From: Octopus bimaculoides
Taxonomy: Eukaryota
Length of the DNA stretch: 64,000 bases
Assembly: GCF_001194135.2 (NCBI RefSeq)
Contig: NC_068982.1
Span: forward strand, 84,145,111 to 84,209,110
Direction: 5' to 3'
This document shows, piece by piece, positions 36,790-50,200 of the stretch. Positions within the stretch are counted from its first letter, which is position 1. Every line of letters starts with the position of its first letter. Position numbers and translations under genes: made by a program. Under the pieces are notes generated by a model. That model worked only from the letters and a program-made list of their open reading frames with translations. It was not told the origin of the DNA and searched no databases.

Positions 36790-39700
36790 CTTCACTCTGT
36801 CTGTCTGTCTCTCTTTCGATTACCACTCGCTTCACCAAGACTTCCTCCACCACCACCACCCTATATAAACTAGCGCACGCACTCAGATTCCCCTACTCGA
36901 TTTTAATACCTCTGTTGAAGAAATGCGAAGCTCAGAAGATGCTCAGATAAGAAGTTTTGTCTTTTCAACCTCATTCATCTACTCTTCTATTTCTGTGCAG
37001 ATCATAAACCCCTTATTTAGTTCCTTTCATTCTTCTGTTTATTTCATTACCATGTAAACATGTAAATATAGTTTCAATAGTTTCGTCTTCCCTGTTGTTG
37101 CCTTAAGATAGCCTTAATTCATGCATTTCCTTAACCACAACATATATTCATTCATTTATTCAAGTTTATCACACAGTCACTTATTTCTCTAATTTTGTCA
37201 TAGATTGGCTGACCGAAAACTCTCAGATTTTTCAATTCTATTTTGCTATTATCAACATTTGCTATTTCGTTAAATTATGCTACCCAAATCCCAAAAGAAT
37301 ATTTTTCTCCCTTGTGTTCTGACCACTCTCTGCCTCACTCTGTCTGTCTCTCTCTCTTGGCCTCACTCTGTCTGTCTGTCTCTCTCTCTTTCAATTACCA
37401 CTCGCTTCGCTAAGACTTCCTCCACCACCACCACCACCACCACCACCCTATATAAACTAGCGCATGCACTCGGATTCCCCTACTCAATTTTCTTAATATC
37501 ACCGCCGAAAGAATACGTATCCAGATGCTCTCGTCTAAATTTGTTAGATCGCAGTACAAACGCCCTCCCACCCCCTCATCCTGTACCGGAAGTTTCTATC
37601 CTCTCTCATCCTTTGGTTGTCTCCCATGAACACTTCTAAAGGCTTTACGCCAACCCCACCCCTACTTAGGGTTTATCTCCTATGTAAGGTTTTGATCATA
37701 TAGTGCAAAAATATGATGGTGTAGTGTATGCAGATTGAATTGAAGGGTATTGTTTGTTTATGAATTCTGCCAAATGCGAGCTTTCTTTTCAGGTACATGA
37801 CGCTGCTGTCCCCCGTCCCAGGGTCTCACGGGACCATACCTCCCACACCCTCAGGGTTGGCACTCTCAATGTTGGCACACTGAAAGGTAGGTCTGGTGAG
37901 ATTGAGATGCTAGAATGGAGATGTATCGATATCTGCTGCCTCAAAGAAGTAAGGTGGAGAGGAGGTTCCGCTAGGTTCCTCACAAGCAAAGAACACAGGT
38001 ACAAGATTTTCTGGGCAGGGAACACCGACGGGGTCGGTGGTGTGGGTATACTTCTTGCGGAGAAATGGATTGATAAGGTAGTCGAAGTAGTCAGAGTATG
38101 CGACAGGATACTTAAAATTAGATTGGTGCTTCATCTTGGCTTAGCTGCCATTATCTCAGCCTATGCTCCTCAGCCGGGTTACCCGATGGACAAGAAAGAC
38201 CGATTTTATGACACCCACTTACAGACTACCTCGTTGACAAATGACAGGGACCTTCTCTTTGTGGCTGGTGACTTCAATGGACATTTTGGACAACATACAG
38301 GAGGCGTACATGGAGGCTATGGTTTTGGTTCCCACATTGACGAGGGAACCAGGTTGCTGGAGTTCTGTGATGCAAATGATCTTATGGTTTGGAATACTAA
38401 CTTCAGGAAACCTGCCAGTCACCTAGTCACCTACCGTTCTGGCAGACACACTAGCCAAATTGACTACATCCTCACCAGAAAAAGGGAAAGAGGGCTGCTT
38501 ATGAATGCCAAAATCTTCCCAGGCGAAGAATGTACCTCACAACATAGACTTGTAGTTAGTGACTTCAGGATCAGGGCTAAAGACAACCAGCATGGAGGAG
38601 AAGGGTCTGGAAGCTTAAAGATCCTGCGAATGGACAGAGGTTTAGAGACGTATTACTCAAAGCTTTTGACAAAATAGAGGGGGATATAGCATCACATAAT
38701 GTGGAAGACAACTGGAGGTTTCTACAGGACAACTTACTGAGGGCCACTGACCAGATCTGTGGATGGTGCAAAGTCCCCTCTTGACCCAAGGTAACGTGGC
38801 GGTGGAACAATGTGGTTGACAGGGCTATTAGAAACAGGCTTGGAAGGACTGGAAGAATAGAGGTAGCAGGGAATTGTATCAGACTGCCAGAAAGGAAGCT
38901 AGGAGACAGGTTTATTTAGCCAAAGGGGAAGCAGATAAGAAAAAAATTGCNNNNNNNNNNTTATTTAGCCAAAGGGGAAGCAGATAAGAAAAAAATTGCC
39001 AATGTTCTGCGCCGTGAGGACCAAAGACTTGAAGTATTTTGTGTTGCAAGAGAGTGTGTGAGAGAGAATCGTGATGGTGTAGGAGAGAAATGTATCCGCA
39101 TGGATGATGGTTCACTTGCACTAAATGAGGCTGCAAAGAGAGAGGTTTGGAGACACCACTATGAAAGATACCACTATAAAGAAAATGAATGGGAGAAAGA
39201 GAGTCCCAACTGAGAGACCAGCTATCCGAGTTGACAGTACCTTGGTAGATAAAGCAATTAAGAGTATGAAGATAGGGAAAGCCCCCGGCCCATCAGGAAT
39301 CACTTCAGAAATGCTCAAAGTGTCTGGCAGTATCGGCTATAGCCTAGTCACCCGTATAATTAACCAGGTGATACACGAAGGAGTCATAACCAATGACAGG
39401 TGTAGCAGCACCATAGTCAACTGCTACAAAGGTAAAGGTGACGCTGTAGATACAAATAATTACAGAGGTATCAAGTTGTTAGATCAGGTAATGAAGGTCA
39501 CGGAGAGGGTCATAGCCCAACTAATTAGGAAGAGAGTCAGTTTAGATGAGATGCAGTTTGGGTTCGTGCCAGGGAAAAGACCCACTGATGCTATATTTCT
39601 GGTAAGACAGCTTCAGGAAAAATACCTAGCCAAGGATAAACCTCTGTATCTGGCTTTCATTGACATGGAGAAAGCCTTTGACAAGGTCCCCCAATCCCTT

Positions 39701-41516
39701 ATCTGGTGGTCAATGAGGAAACTAAGGATAGATGAATGGTTAGTGAGAGCTGTGCAAGCCATGTACAGGGAAGTTATCAGTAAGGTGAGCGTTGGCAATG
39801 AGTACAGTGAAGAATTCCGGGTAGAGGTAGGGGTCCACCAAGGTTCTGTCCTCAGTCCCCTCTTATTCATCATAGTCCTCCAGGCAATAACAGAGGAATT
39901 CAAGACAGGATATCCCTGGGAGCTCCTCTATGCTGACGACCTTGCTGTAATTGCTGAGTCACTATCAGCGCTAGAGGAGAAGTGTCAGGTGTGGAAGCAA
40001 GGATCTGAATCGAAGGGCCTTAGAGTCAACCTAACTAAAACCAAAGTCCTAATAAGTAGGAAAGTAAATAAAACACAAATCCCTTAAGGAAGATGGCCCT
40101 GCTTGATCTGTAGAAAAGGTGTAGGTAGAAACTCTATAAGATGTACCCATAAGAGTTGCAGCAATATCAAAGGAAGCCTACTGGGAAGATAGTTTTTGTA
40201 TGTGGCAGATGCTCAGGTGCTATAAACACTGAAAATGTGCAGAGAACAACTTCTGTCACATTCCAGGGAGAAAAACTAGAAGTAGTTGATAGCATCTGTT
40301 ACCTAGGTGACCAAGTCAGTAGCAGGGGAGGGTGCGCTGAAAGTGTAGCTGCTGATGACAAAAGGCCTCTTGCTCAGAGTAAAAGGTAGACTGTATGACG
40401 CATGTGTATGAACAGCCATGCTACATGGCAGTGAAACATAGGCTATGAGGACATGCGTAAGCTTGCAAGGAATGAAGCCAGTATGCTTTGCTGGATGTGT
40501 AATGTTAATGTGCATACTCGACAGAGTGTAAGTACCTTGAGAGAAAAGTTGGATTTAAGAAGCATCAGATGTCGTGTGCAAGAGAGACAACTGTGCTGGT
40601 ATGGTCATGTGTTGCAAATAAATGAGGACGGCTGTGTGAAAAAGTGTCACACCCTAGCAGTTGAGAGAACCTGTGGAAGAGGTAAACCCAGGAAAACCTG
40701 GGATGAGGTGGTGAAGCACGACTTTTGAACATTAGGCCTCACCGAGGCAATTACTAGTGACCGAGACCTTTGGAAATATGCAGTGCGTAAGAAGACAGGC
40801 AAGCCAAGTCAGACCATAACCTGTGGCCTATGCCAGAAGTGTAACCAGCCACTTATGCGTACCTTTCCTTCATTGGACACTAAACTCTGCTTGCGAAGAC
40901 CTGTTGAGGCAAGTGAAATTGAAATCTAACCAAATTCGACGACTGGCACCCATGCCGACCTTCCTTCATTGGACACTAAACTCTGCTTGCGAAGACCTGT
41001 TGAGGCAAGTGAAATTGAAAACAAACCAAATTTGCAAATTTAATGACTGGCACCCGTGCCAGTGGCATGCTAAGAGCACCATCTGAGTGTGACGCTGCAA
41101 GAGCAGCTGAATGGCTTCTGTGCCGGTGGCACGTAAAAAGCACCATTCGAGCGTGATCGTTGCCAACATTGCCTTACTGGCACGTGAAAAAATATTTGAG
41201 AAAGGTCGTTGCCAGTGCTGCTGGACTGGCTCCTGTGCAAGGTGGCACGTAAAAAACTCCACTTGAGCGTGGCCATTGCCACTACCGTCCAAGTGGCACA
41301 TAAAAATTACCACTACACTCTCTGAGTGGATGGCGTTATGAGGGCATGCAGCTGTAGAAACTCTGCCAGATCAGATTGGAGCCTGGTGCAGCCATTTGGA
41401 TCCCCAGTCCTCAGTTAAATCGTCCAACACATGCTAGCATGGAAAGTGGATGTTAAATGATGTTAAATCGTCCAACCCTTGCTAGCATGGAAAGTGGATG
41501 TTAAATGATGATGATG
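36690..41516 (+). mobile_element. Full-length-sized RTE LINE (subfamily 1) with long 5' region; frameshifted
   Basis: APE ORF 37754-38677 ('RVGTLNVGTLKGRS', 'AGDFNGH') and RT ORF 39125-40087 ('LLYADD'). Duplicated 3' terminus with ATG tail. The 5' region is homologous to 57100-57520. Confidence 0.95.
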
Positions 41517-41800
41517 TAATGTAATAGGTGTGTAAGAGATGCTCAGGTTGGTTTACCAATAAAGCTGTGACTCCATCTGCTACTAAAACAAATTGGTGTT
41601 GTGAACACCTACCAAAGAATGGCTGCTACTAATGGTTCATCATTGAGCAGGTAGATATATATTAGAAAGAAAGAATGAACAAGCAAAATGTGGTATCACT
41701 TTAGAGCATGTAATTTATAATTCAAGCATTACTGCAGAGTTGTTAAACTGAATAAGGGATTAAGAAGTAATCTGCGATTATGATTGGATTATAAATTACA

Positions 41801-43604
41801 CAGGGTTACTGATTTAGCATATTTTATGCTAGATCTAGCATTTTTTTTCAGTATTTAGCAGAAAATTTTTAAATTTAGCATTTAGCAAGGAAAATAGCAG
41901 ATTTAAAATTTTATTTAGGGTTTTTTTTAAACATTTTTCACTGATCATGACATTTCCACAATAGTTACCCTTTTTTCTCTTCTTTTTCCTCCTTTTCTAC
42001 TTTCATTAAAGTATCTTACAACCAAATTTTAATATTATCAGTTAGTGTTGAATTTTTCTTTCACTTCCATGAAACTTCAAATGAAAGTTTGTCAAAAGGA
42101 AGTTTATCAAGTTTTGAACTCCCCCCCTCCCCCCACACTTCAATACCGAGTGGTTCTGGTGTGGGAGGGGGAAAAGGTAACTCATATCAGCATTTGAACT
42201 CACTGCTCAATAATGTAAATATGTTGGAAAGAATGAAAGCTTGGACATTCGTCTTAACAATGTCATTATTCTGCACTGATGAGTTGCCTGTGTTTTTTCA
42301 TGCTTGTTTTGGATTATATATCTTGTGTAGAAGTATGGGGGTGGCAGGGTCTCCCCCTTTATATTTCTACTTACTTTTTGTTTTCAAGTATCATAGTTAT
42401 ATTTGTGGTTTTACCAATAGATATTAAATTTAAGATTGGAATTGAAATATGATGTTCCCAGGTTTATATCGGGACACAGTTTTAGGATTTCTGCAGATTT
42501 TACTTTTCCATTTATAAGTTGGCCACCCAGCATCCTGAATCAGTATTCTTCACTTCAAGAATTTGTAAGCAGCAAACATAAGAATTGTTAAAGGCAAATG
42601 AAAGAATTGTCAGTAGCAAACTGTTAAGTTGTGTTTTCAATTTTATATTTTTATTTATCATTCAATTTATTTTCTTGCTTCCCACTACATTATAACGTAA
42701 AACAAAAAAAAAACGAAGTTGTACCAGCAAAAATTCCGAAAGGAATGGCTTAAGGTGCCAGCGTTTACTAAGTGGTTGTGTGAAGTACTTAGTGACCAAT
42801 CTAAAGCACATTGAAAATATTGTAGATGTAATATGTTGACAAAATACTCTCTTTTAGTAAGCCACTGTGAAGCAAAGAAACATAAGACACCAACTCTGCA
42901 ACAAATGATTCCTCTTAATTTTATTAAAACCTAAAATGATAAGACATCTATGCTTAAAGCAAATTTAGCAATGTTTATTTGTTGCCACTCATTATTTAAT
43001 AGCTGTGATCACTTAATAGAGTTATGTAAGAATTATATGTCTGATAGTAATATTATGTCCAAAGTGAAGTTGCATCGTACAAAATGCGTAAATATTGTGA
43101 GAAATGTTGTAGCTCCATATTTTGATGGAGATTTGATTTCTGATATAGGAGATAGAAAATTTAGCCTGTTAGTAAATGAATCCAATGATATATCAATAGA
43201 CAAGTTGTTAGGAATTGTTATCATATATTATAGTGACACTCACAAAAAAGTGGTATATACCATACTGAGATATGTATCTCAGTATGGTATCTGTCTATAA
43301 AATATGGCCTGAAAAGATATGGCAAATGTTGCAAAAACTTTGATATTCCAAAACACATAATTAACAAGATAGGAACCTTGAATGTATATAGAAGTCAAGA
43401 CCTAGGCACTGCAGCTGAAAGTGATCAAATCAGGGAAATTCAAGAAATTATTTCTCAATAATGAATATAATTAAAGAAAGTAAATAAAAATTAAGCTTTT
43501 TGATATAATTAGTCTTTAGTATTTTTTTTCTTTTTTTAGCATTTTTTTTGGTATTTTTTCTACTGAAATTAGCATGAAATTGTGATTTTAAGTTGGCAAC
43601 ACTG
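41801..43604 (+). mobile_element. Internally deleted hAT DNA transposon
   Basis: Imperfect TIRs CAGGGTTAC.../...TGGCAACACTG and an 8-bp TSD AAATTACA / AAATTACT (7 of 8 match). ORF 42950-43300 has 'KLHRTKC...FSLLVNESNDIS'. Confidence 0.88.
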
Positions 43605-43633
43605 AAATTACTTATTAGAGCATGCTTTGCATG

Positions 43634-43696
<63 letters not shown>

Positions 43697-44169
43697 GTAT
43701 GTATGTATGTAAATACATTTGTGTATGTATGTATATTGTAATAAACAAATAAATGAATGGATTTTAAATTTTGTAACAATTGTTTCACTAAGAGTCTTTA
43801 TTAGATATAAGAATAAAACTATTTTTGATTACACCATACATTATGCAATTATCAAGCTCACCAGGCACTATTTAAAACAGAGTTGAATAATGATTTGTTA
43901 AATAATCAACTGATTCCCAAACAAATGAAGTTATAGTAAAATGAACAAAGTGGGCATGTCATGAAGCTAACAGTCAAGAGTAGTACTAAACAATGAGAGG
44001 ACAGAATTATAATTCACAGTTATAGATCTTAAGATAAAAAAATTTAACAGATTTTTTTACAGACAATTACCACTGAGGAACATCTGAACTTTAATAGACA
44101 TTTACAGAGCAGACATATATTGTGGCTCAAAGGAAATCATTTATTTTATTTTACCTTTATTTATATGAA

Positions 44170-45330
44170 CACAGACTCTGTTGTCTGTCTTACCCTTCCT
44201 AACGCCAATCACTTTACAGAGTATACTGGGTGCTTTTTATGTGGCAGCAATATAGGTAATTTTTACATATCACCAGTACCAACGGTGTTACCAAGTAATT
44301 TGCAAGGCAGAGATCCCCTAACTGGGAGAGAGAGTGGTACTGAGGGTGGTGGCTTTGTGCCCATTGAAAGGTCAAAGTATAATACAGGAATAAATATAGG
44401 TGTCTTATTATAGAGGAGATATTGGCTACCCCAGTAGGAAAAGAAATGAGAGGAAAGAGAGATAAACTTAGAGAGAAAGACGGAGTGAGAGAGATAGAAA
44501 TATTAGAGATGTATTTGGACATTACCACAAGGTACAGTGGGGTGAATATAAGTGGTATAGAGGGGAATTTTTCATAAGAGTGTGAGGGAAGATGTTTAGT
44601 GATAGATAAGAGGTGACTATCAAGTGATGGTAAGAGAAATTGAAAAAGCTGGGTGGGGGGCTGTATGTGAGAGCATGAGTGTCTGTTGGTAGGCATGTGA
44701 AGGAGAGAAGAGGGGTGACCTGCAGTGAGTGGTAATCAATGGTAGGGCAAAGAAGGTGTTGGAAAGATGGGTTGTGGGGGAATTTTGATAGGAGATAGAT
44801 TGTCTGTGGTGAGGATGGTATGGCCACAAATAACATGCCTGTAAGGCCATGATTTTACTCAGTTTATTGTCTTCTCAGACTCAGCAAATTACCAGACGTT
44901 TCAGTCCCTTGTCATCTTTGTGTTGCACAACATCTGAAGATTATTTCTCACATCTTCCTGGGTCTACCTCTTCTACCAGTTCCCTCCACAATTAGCATTC
45001 CTTTATGCATCTGTTGACATCCATATGCATCACATGGCCATACCTTCACAGTCTTCTTTCTTGCACACCGCAACTGATACCTCTTGTACCCATGAAAGAG
45101 GACAGAAACAGGTGTGCTGCTGTAGAGGAGATTTTCACTTTGTCATATGTGTGCACTTACATTGCACATCCAACAGAGCATGCTTGCTCTGCAGTCACAT
45201 CCCATGGTGCACTGCCATGTAGCACAGCTGTCTGTACATAGGCATTGTACAGTCTGCCTTTCACTCTGAGGGAGAGGCCCTTTGTTACCAACAATAGTAA
45301 TAGCTCTCTGAACTTTGTCCAGCTGGTTCT
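44170..45330 (-). mobile_element. 3' fragment of RTE subfamily 2
   Basis: ORF 45157-45384 'TKGLSLRVKGRLYNAYVQTAVLHGS', followed by the subfamily-2 3'UTR. Confidence 0.75.
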
Positions 45331-45350
45331 TTTATATATATATATATATA

Positions 45351-45931
45351 GGATCTTTTTTAAAACGGGGGCCACATTTTTCATTAATGTTTTACGTAGT
45401 GTTTTTGGTACCGAAAGACTTTCAAACTTCGTATACTTATCTATTTTGTGTTATAGAACAGAAAAATATTTTTGTATTCTAATTTATTTCATGTAAAAAA
45501 TTGTCTTATTTCGATAATTTCAACCAAACACTGACAAGTATTCAGTTGTTTACATTTACTCCTTTGGCTCATTAAGCGATGTAAAGCGTATTTAATCTCC
45601 ATACCTTCGTTTTATTTGCTCTTTTCATTTTAAATTTGCTTTAACCCTAACCCTAACCCTTAGGGTTAGAGTTAGGGTTAGGGTTAGGGTTAATTGTTTC
45701 AGAATCGTTTGTTTATGTAGTCGGCACTTAATGTATATCGGCTGAATGGACGTCAGTGATTGGTTGAAATTACAGAAATACGACAACTTTAACATGGAAT
45801 AATTTATGGATTTCTTTTTTTTTTAAGAAGACTAAGAGAAAAAGATGTTTTATATGACACATTCTACCAGTGTTCCAAGTTTCAAAGTGTTTCGTTAATG
45901 AAAAATGTGGCCCCCGTTTTAAAAAAGATCC
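45351..45931. mobile_element. 581-bp MITE with perfect 37-bp TIRs inserted in (TA)n; central CCCTAA/TTAGGG palindrome
   Basis: GGATCTTTTTTAAAACGGGGGCCACATTTTTCATTAA at both ends (inverted), with TA repeats on both flanks. Confidence 0.9.
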
Positions 45932-46085
45932 TATATATATATATATGTGCATGTGTGTGTGTTTTTGTATGTATGTGTGTATACATATGTGTATGTGTGT
46001 GTAGGAGAGATATATTTATACATGTGCATGTATGGATGGATATAAATATGTTTATATAAATTAAAATAAAATAAATGAATAGTTA

Positions 46086-46845
46086 TGTAGTGAATCTTGC
46101 AGGCATGAAGTGGATTCAATCCACTATACCCAAATTTAAATTAACACTGCGTCAGAACTTTTCCCACAGTGGAACAATGGTTGTGATCTGACAGCAGTTT
46201 AATATTTTCCAGATGCCTTTGGCTGGGCCGAAACAATGTCTTCACCACTTGACCCTTTCTAACCTCTTCTACTCCGTCAAAATCTAGAATAGAGATAACA
46301 AGACCACCAGCTAAATCCATTGTTCTCAGTAATATATCTATCCTTCTAGATAGTTATAAAAACAGGAGACCCCAAGCCAAACAGTCAGTAGTCACGTGGG
46401 GACACAGAGCGAAGTAACTAGTGACAACTCAATTAGTTAGGAAACGGTCATCTACAGATATAGTCACAAGCAGGCAGCGACCTAAAGACAAAACGATCAA
46501 AGGGAGAAAGAAGTTTACAACCAGCCAACTATGAGACACAACTTTCCTCGACTCTATAACTATCACTAGCTCGCATCCTTTTCTCGGTAACATTACCCTA
46601 TCTTTATCTATATATATACTACTATGAGAAAGTGTACATACATATACAGGCTGAAATCAACTTTCTTTACCTTGCATGTTTTACGTACAAACTGTTATAC
46701 TATTACACTAACCTACTCGTCGTGGTATGGCATTTATTAACGTAACGGTAAATAAATATTTATATAAAAATTTCGATCACTCTTCATCATTCATCTTATA
46801 ACCTGTTACAATTGGTAAATAATACTTATTGTTACAATTGGTGAC
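46086..46845 (+). mobile_element. LTR-like sequence followed by possible PBS
   Basis: TGTAG start, TATA-like and AATAAA signals, ending TGTTACA then atTGGT(GAC). No TSD and no internal ORF. Confidence 0.4.
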
Positions 46846-47214
46846 ACATCAACTACACAACACAAAAACATTTATCGTTACAGTTATCTTTGAATCCAAA
46901 ATATATTACATTAAATAAAGATTCTTAGCAAAACAATTGTTGTAAAATTTCAAATCCTTTAATTTCTTTGTTGCTATTTCTTGGTACAACATGGGTTTGA
47001 ATACACCAATCATTAAATTATTTTTAAACAATCAAGATTGCATATTACCCAACAACAGTGTGTGGTCTTCATCGTTGCTTTCTATGCAGATAATGGATTA
47101 CTTCACTGTCAGCTTTGCATGATTCTGCCTAGCCAATCAGTGCCATACTACTTGTTGATGTGCGTCAATTCTTTACAAATCCTATGTAACTAAAATATGT
47201 ATACATACATATTT

Positions 47215-50200
47215 ATCATCATCATTGTTTAATGTCTGTCTTCCATGCATGCATGGGTAGGATGGTTGACAGGAGCCAGCCAGGTAGATGACTACCCCAG
47301 GCTACTGTGTCTGTTTTGGCAGGGTTTTTACTGCTGAATGCCCTTCCTAACACCAACCTCTCTACAGAGTGGACTCTGCTTTTTATGTGGTACTAGCACA
47401 GGCGAGTTAGTTTTGGCATGATTTTTACATCTGGATGCCCTTCCAAATGCCAATCACTTGACAGTATACATGCTTTTAATATGGCACCAGTACTGGCAGG
47501 GTCATCAAGATATTTGTAAGACAAGGAATTACGAGAGGGGCAGAGAGGCATTTGAGGAGGGGACTTGTGTCAGAGGACGAAAAGTTAGAATGTGACAGAG
47601 AGGCAGAAACAGGTGTCTTGTTATAATGGAACGGGGGGCATTGGAGGAGGTGATGTGGTGTAAAATGATGAAAAGTTAGAGTGTGACAGAGAAATAGAGA
47701 GGCAGAAACCGGTATCTTGCTATAGAAGAGGTATACGGTTACCCAGTGAGAGAGAGAGAGAGAGAGGAAGAGAGGTACATGAAAGACAGAAACAAGTGTG
47801 CTGATCTAAAGGAGATACCTTGTCAGAAGGAAAAGCAAAAAAAGAATAGAGAGAGTGATCAAGAGGAGGGCAGAAATAGGTGTGCTGCTGTAGAGGAGAT
47901 ACATGGCTACCCAGCTTGAGGGAAAGAGAGGGAGAGTGGGAAACAGCAAAAATACAAAAGAGAGCAGGAGAGAGATGGTGAAGTGCCAGGGTATATTCAC
48001 AAGTAACAAGGATCAAAGCTTAGATGTGATGGTAGAGTAAGGAAGAGAGCAGTACTGAGGTCATCATATGCACTTTCGGGTATTGCCTAGAAGGTACAAG
48101 TAAGAAGTGGGGATTGCAGTGACTGGTAAAAACCTAAGTATAAAAATGGGTGGGTTAAAGCAGTGATACAGGGAGCAATGCAGGGAAAGGGATTGGAAGG
48201 TAATCATAGTTTATGAAGAGAAAATGTGAGGAAAAAGATGCAGCTTAGAAGAGATGTAGTTTGGTTTCTTAGGGTAGGGTGTGTGAAAAGTTTGTTGTTA
48301 AATGTGGTTGGTACACAATGCTTCTTGCACTCAGTTTCACTGACGTGGGCGGGTCTTCTCTAGAACTTCATTTTGCCAAACATCTCAGTTCATTGTCATT
48401 TCCGCCATGTGCCCTAACATCCTCAGATCGGTCCTCACCACTTCATCTCATGTCTTCCTGAGTCTCCCTCTTCCACAGATGTCATCCACTTCAATGACAG
48501 GTGCTTCTCTATACAGCTGTCTTTACTCATATGCATCACTTGTCCAAACCCACGCATTCTCCTCTCCTGCATGCCACATTTAATCCCTCTTCTGCTTAAC
48601 TTTTCTTTCAACACAGTTGTGCTTTGTTAGTTATACACATTGATGTTGCACATCCAACAGTGCATACTTCATTTTTCTCCAGTCTGCACATGTCCTCTGC
48701 ATTCAGAACCCATGTCTCACTACCATGGAGTATAGCTGTTTGCACACAAGCATCATGCAATCTACCTTTCACTCTGAGAGAGAGTTCTTTTGTTGCCAAC
48801 AGAGGTAATAGCTTTCTGAACTTCCTCTATCCTATTCTTATTTTAGAAAAAATAATTTCAGAGCATCCTCCACCATTGCTCATTTGGTCACTTAAGTAAC
48901 AGAAACTATCTACAACCTCAAAAGAGCCACCTGGGAATTTGATAGAGTCTAAGTCCCTCATGTTCTTATTGCTTATTGTTCCTACACATCAGCCATACAT
49001 GAAAGTGACCTTATCTGTTAACCTACCGGCAATTGCATTGCATCACTGATATGTCCATAGCTTACACTTGGTGCAGCATATGGAATTACTTCCCATTTCT
49101 TTCCTACATATTGAGCAGAGCCATTTTCCTGACAGAAAGAGAGTATTATTTGCTTTCTTCCTAACAAAAAATTTAGTCTTTGCTAAGTTAACTTTTATGC
49201 CCTTTGATTTCAGATTCTGTAATAAGAGCAAGGTCATCAGCATATAGCAGTTCCCATGGGTATCCAGTTGCAAATTCCTCTGTTATGGCCTGGAGAACTA
49301 TGATGAATAAGAGTGGATTAAGAACTGATTCCTGGTGAACTCCAGCTTGTGCCCTAAAATCATCACTGTTTACAAGGCCAGCTCTCACCTTACTGACAGC
49401 ATTGCTGTACATGGCTTGTATGGCTTTAACAAGCCACTCCTCTATTCCTAGCTTCCTGAGAGACCACCAGATGGGAGCAGGGAATCCTGTCAAAACCTTT
49501 CTCCAGATTGACAAAGGCTAAGTATAGTGGTTTACTTTTGGCCAAATACTTTTCTTGCAACTGTCTCACTAGGAAGATGGCATCTGTGGTACTTTTACCA
49601 GGAACAAAACCAAACTGCATCTTATCTAGTTTAATCCTATTTCTAATCAATTGAGATATAACTCTCTGTAATTTTCATGACCTGGTCCAGCAGTTTAATA
49701 TCTCTGTAGTTGTTTCTATCTAAGGCAATACCTTTACCTTGTAACAGGTAACTATAATACTACTACTACACCAGTCTTTGGGGATAACGACTTCCTGAAT
49801 AACCTGATTAACTATGCAAGTGACAAGGCTGTATTCTACACTGGCTGATATTTTAATCATCTCAGCTGTGATACCCGATGGTCCAGTCTTCATTTTCCTA
49901 ATTGCCTTATCTATTATACTGCTATCCACTCTGATGGCTGGTCCCTCAATTGGTTCAATATTTGAAAGACTCTCCTTCTCCCAATCATTCTCCACTGTTA
50001 ATAACCTTTCATAATGGCATCTCCACACATCTTTCTTCTCTGAGTCACTGAGTACAAGCACACCGTTATCCATTTGCACGCATTTCTCACCTATCACATC
50101 TCTATTCTCTCTGATACACTGTTTTGCAATCCTGCACATCTCATGCCTCTGATCCTCATGCTGTAGAACTTTGGCAAACTTCTTATCTTCTGCTATTCCT

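Noticed and set aside
37780-37800. Apparent splice acceptor ctttcttttcag|G at the RTE ORF start and a ~240-bp deletion after it in the 34810 copy
   Set aside because: The in-frame MNSAKCELSFQV upstream is conserved in all three copies, and the deletion does not end at AG. A microhomology deletion is more likely than splicing.
38911-38999. 39-bp direct duplication around a 10-N gap inside the RTE
   Set aside because: Identical sequence either side of a gap is typical of an unmerged contig overlap.
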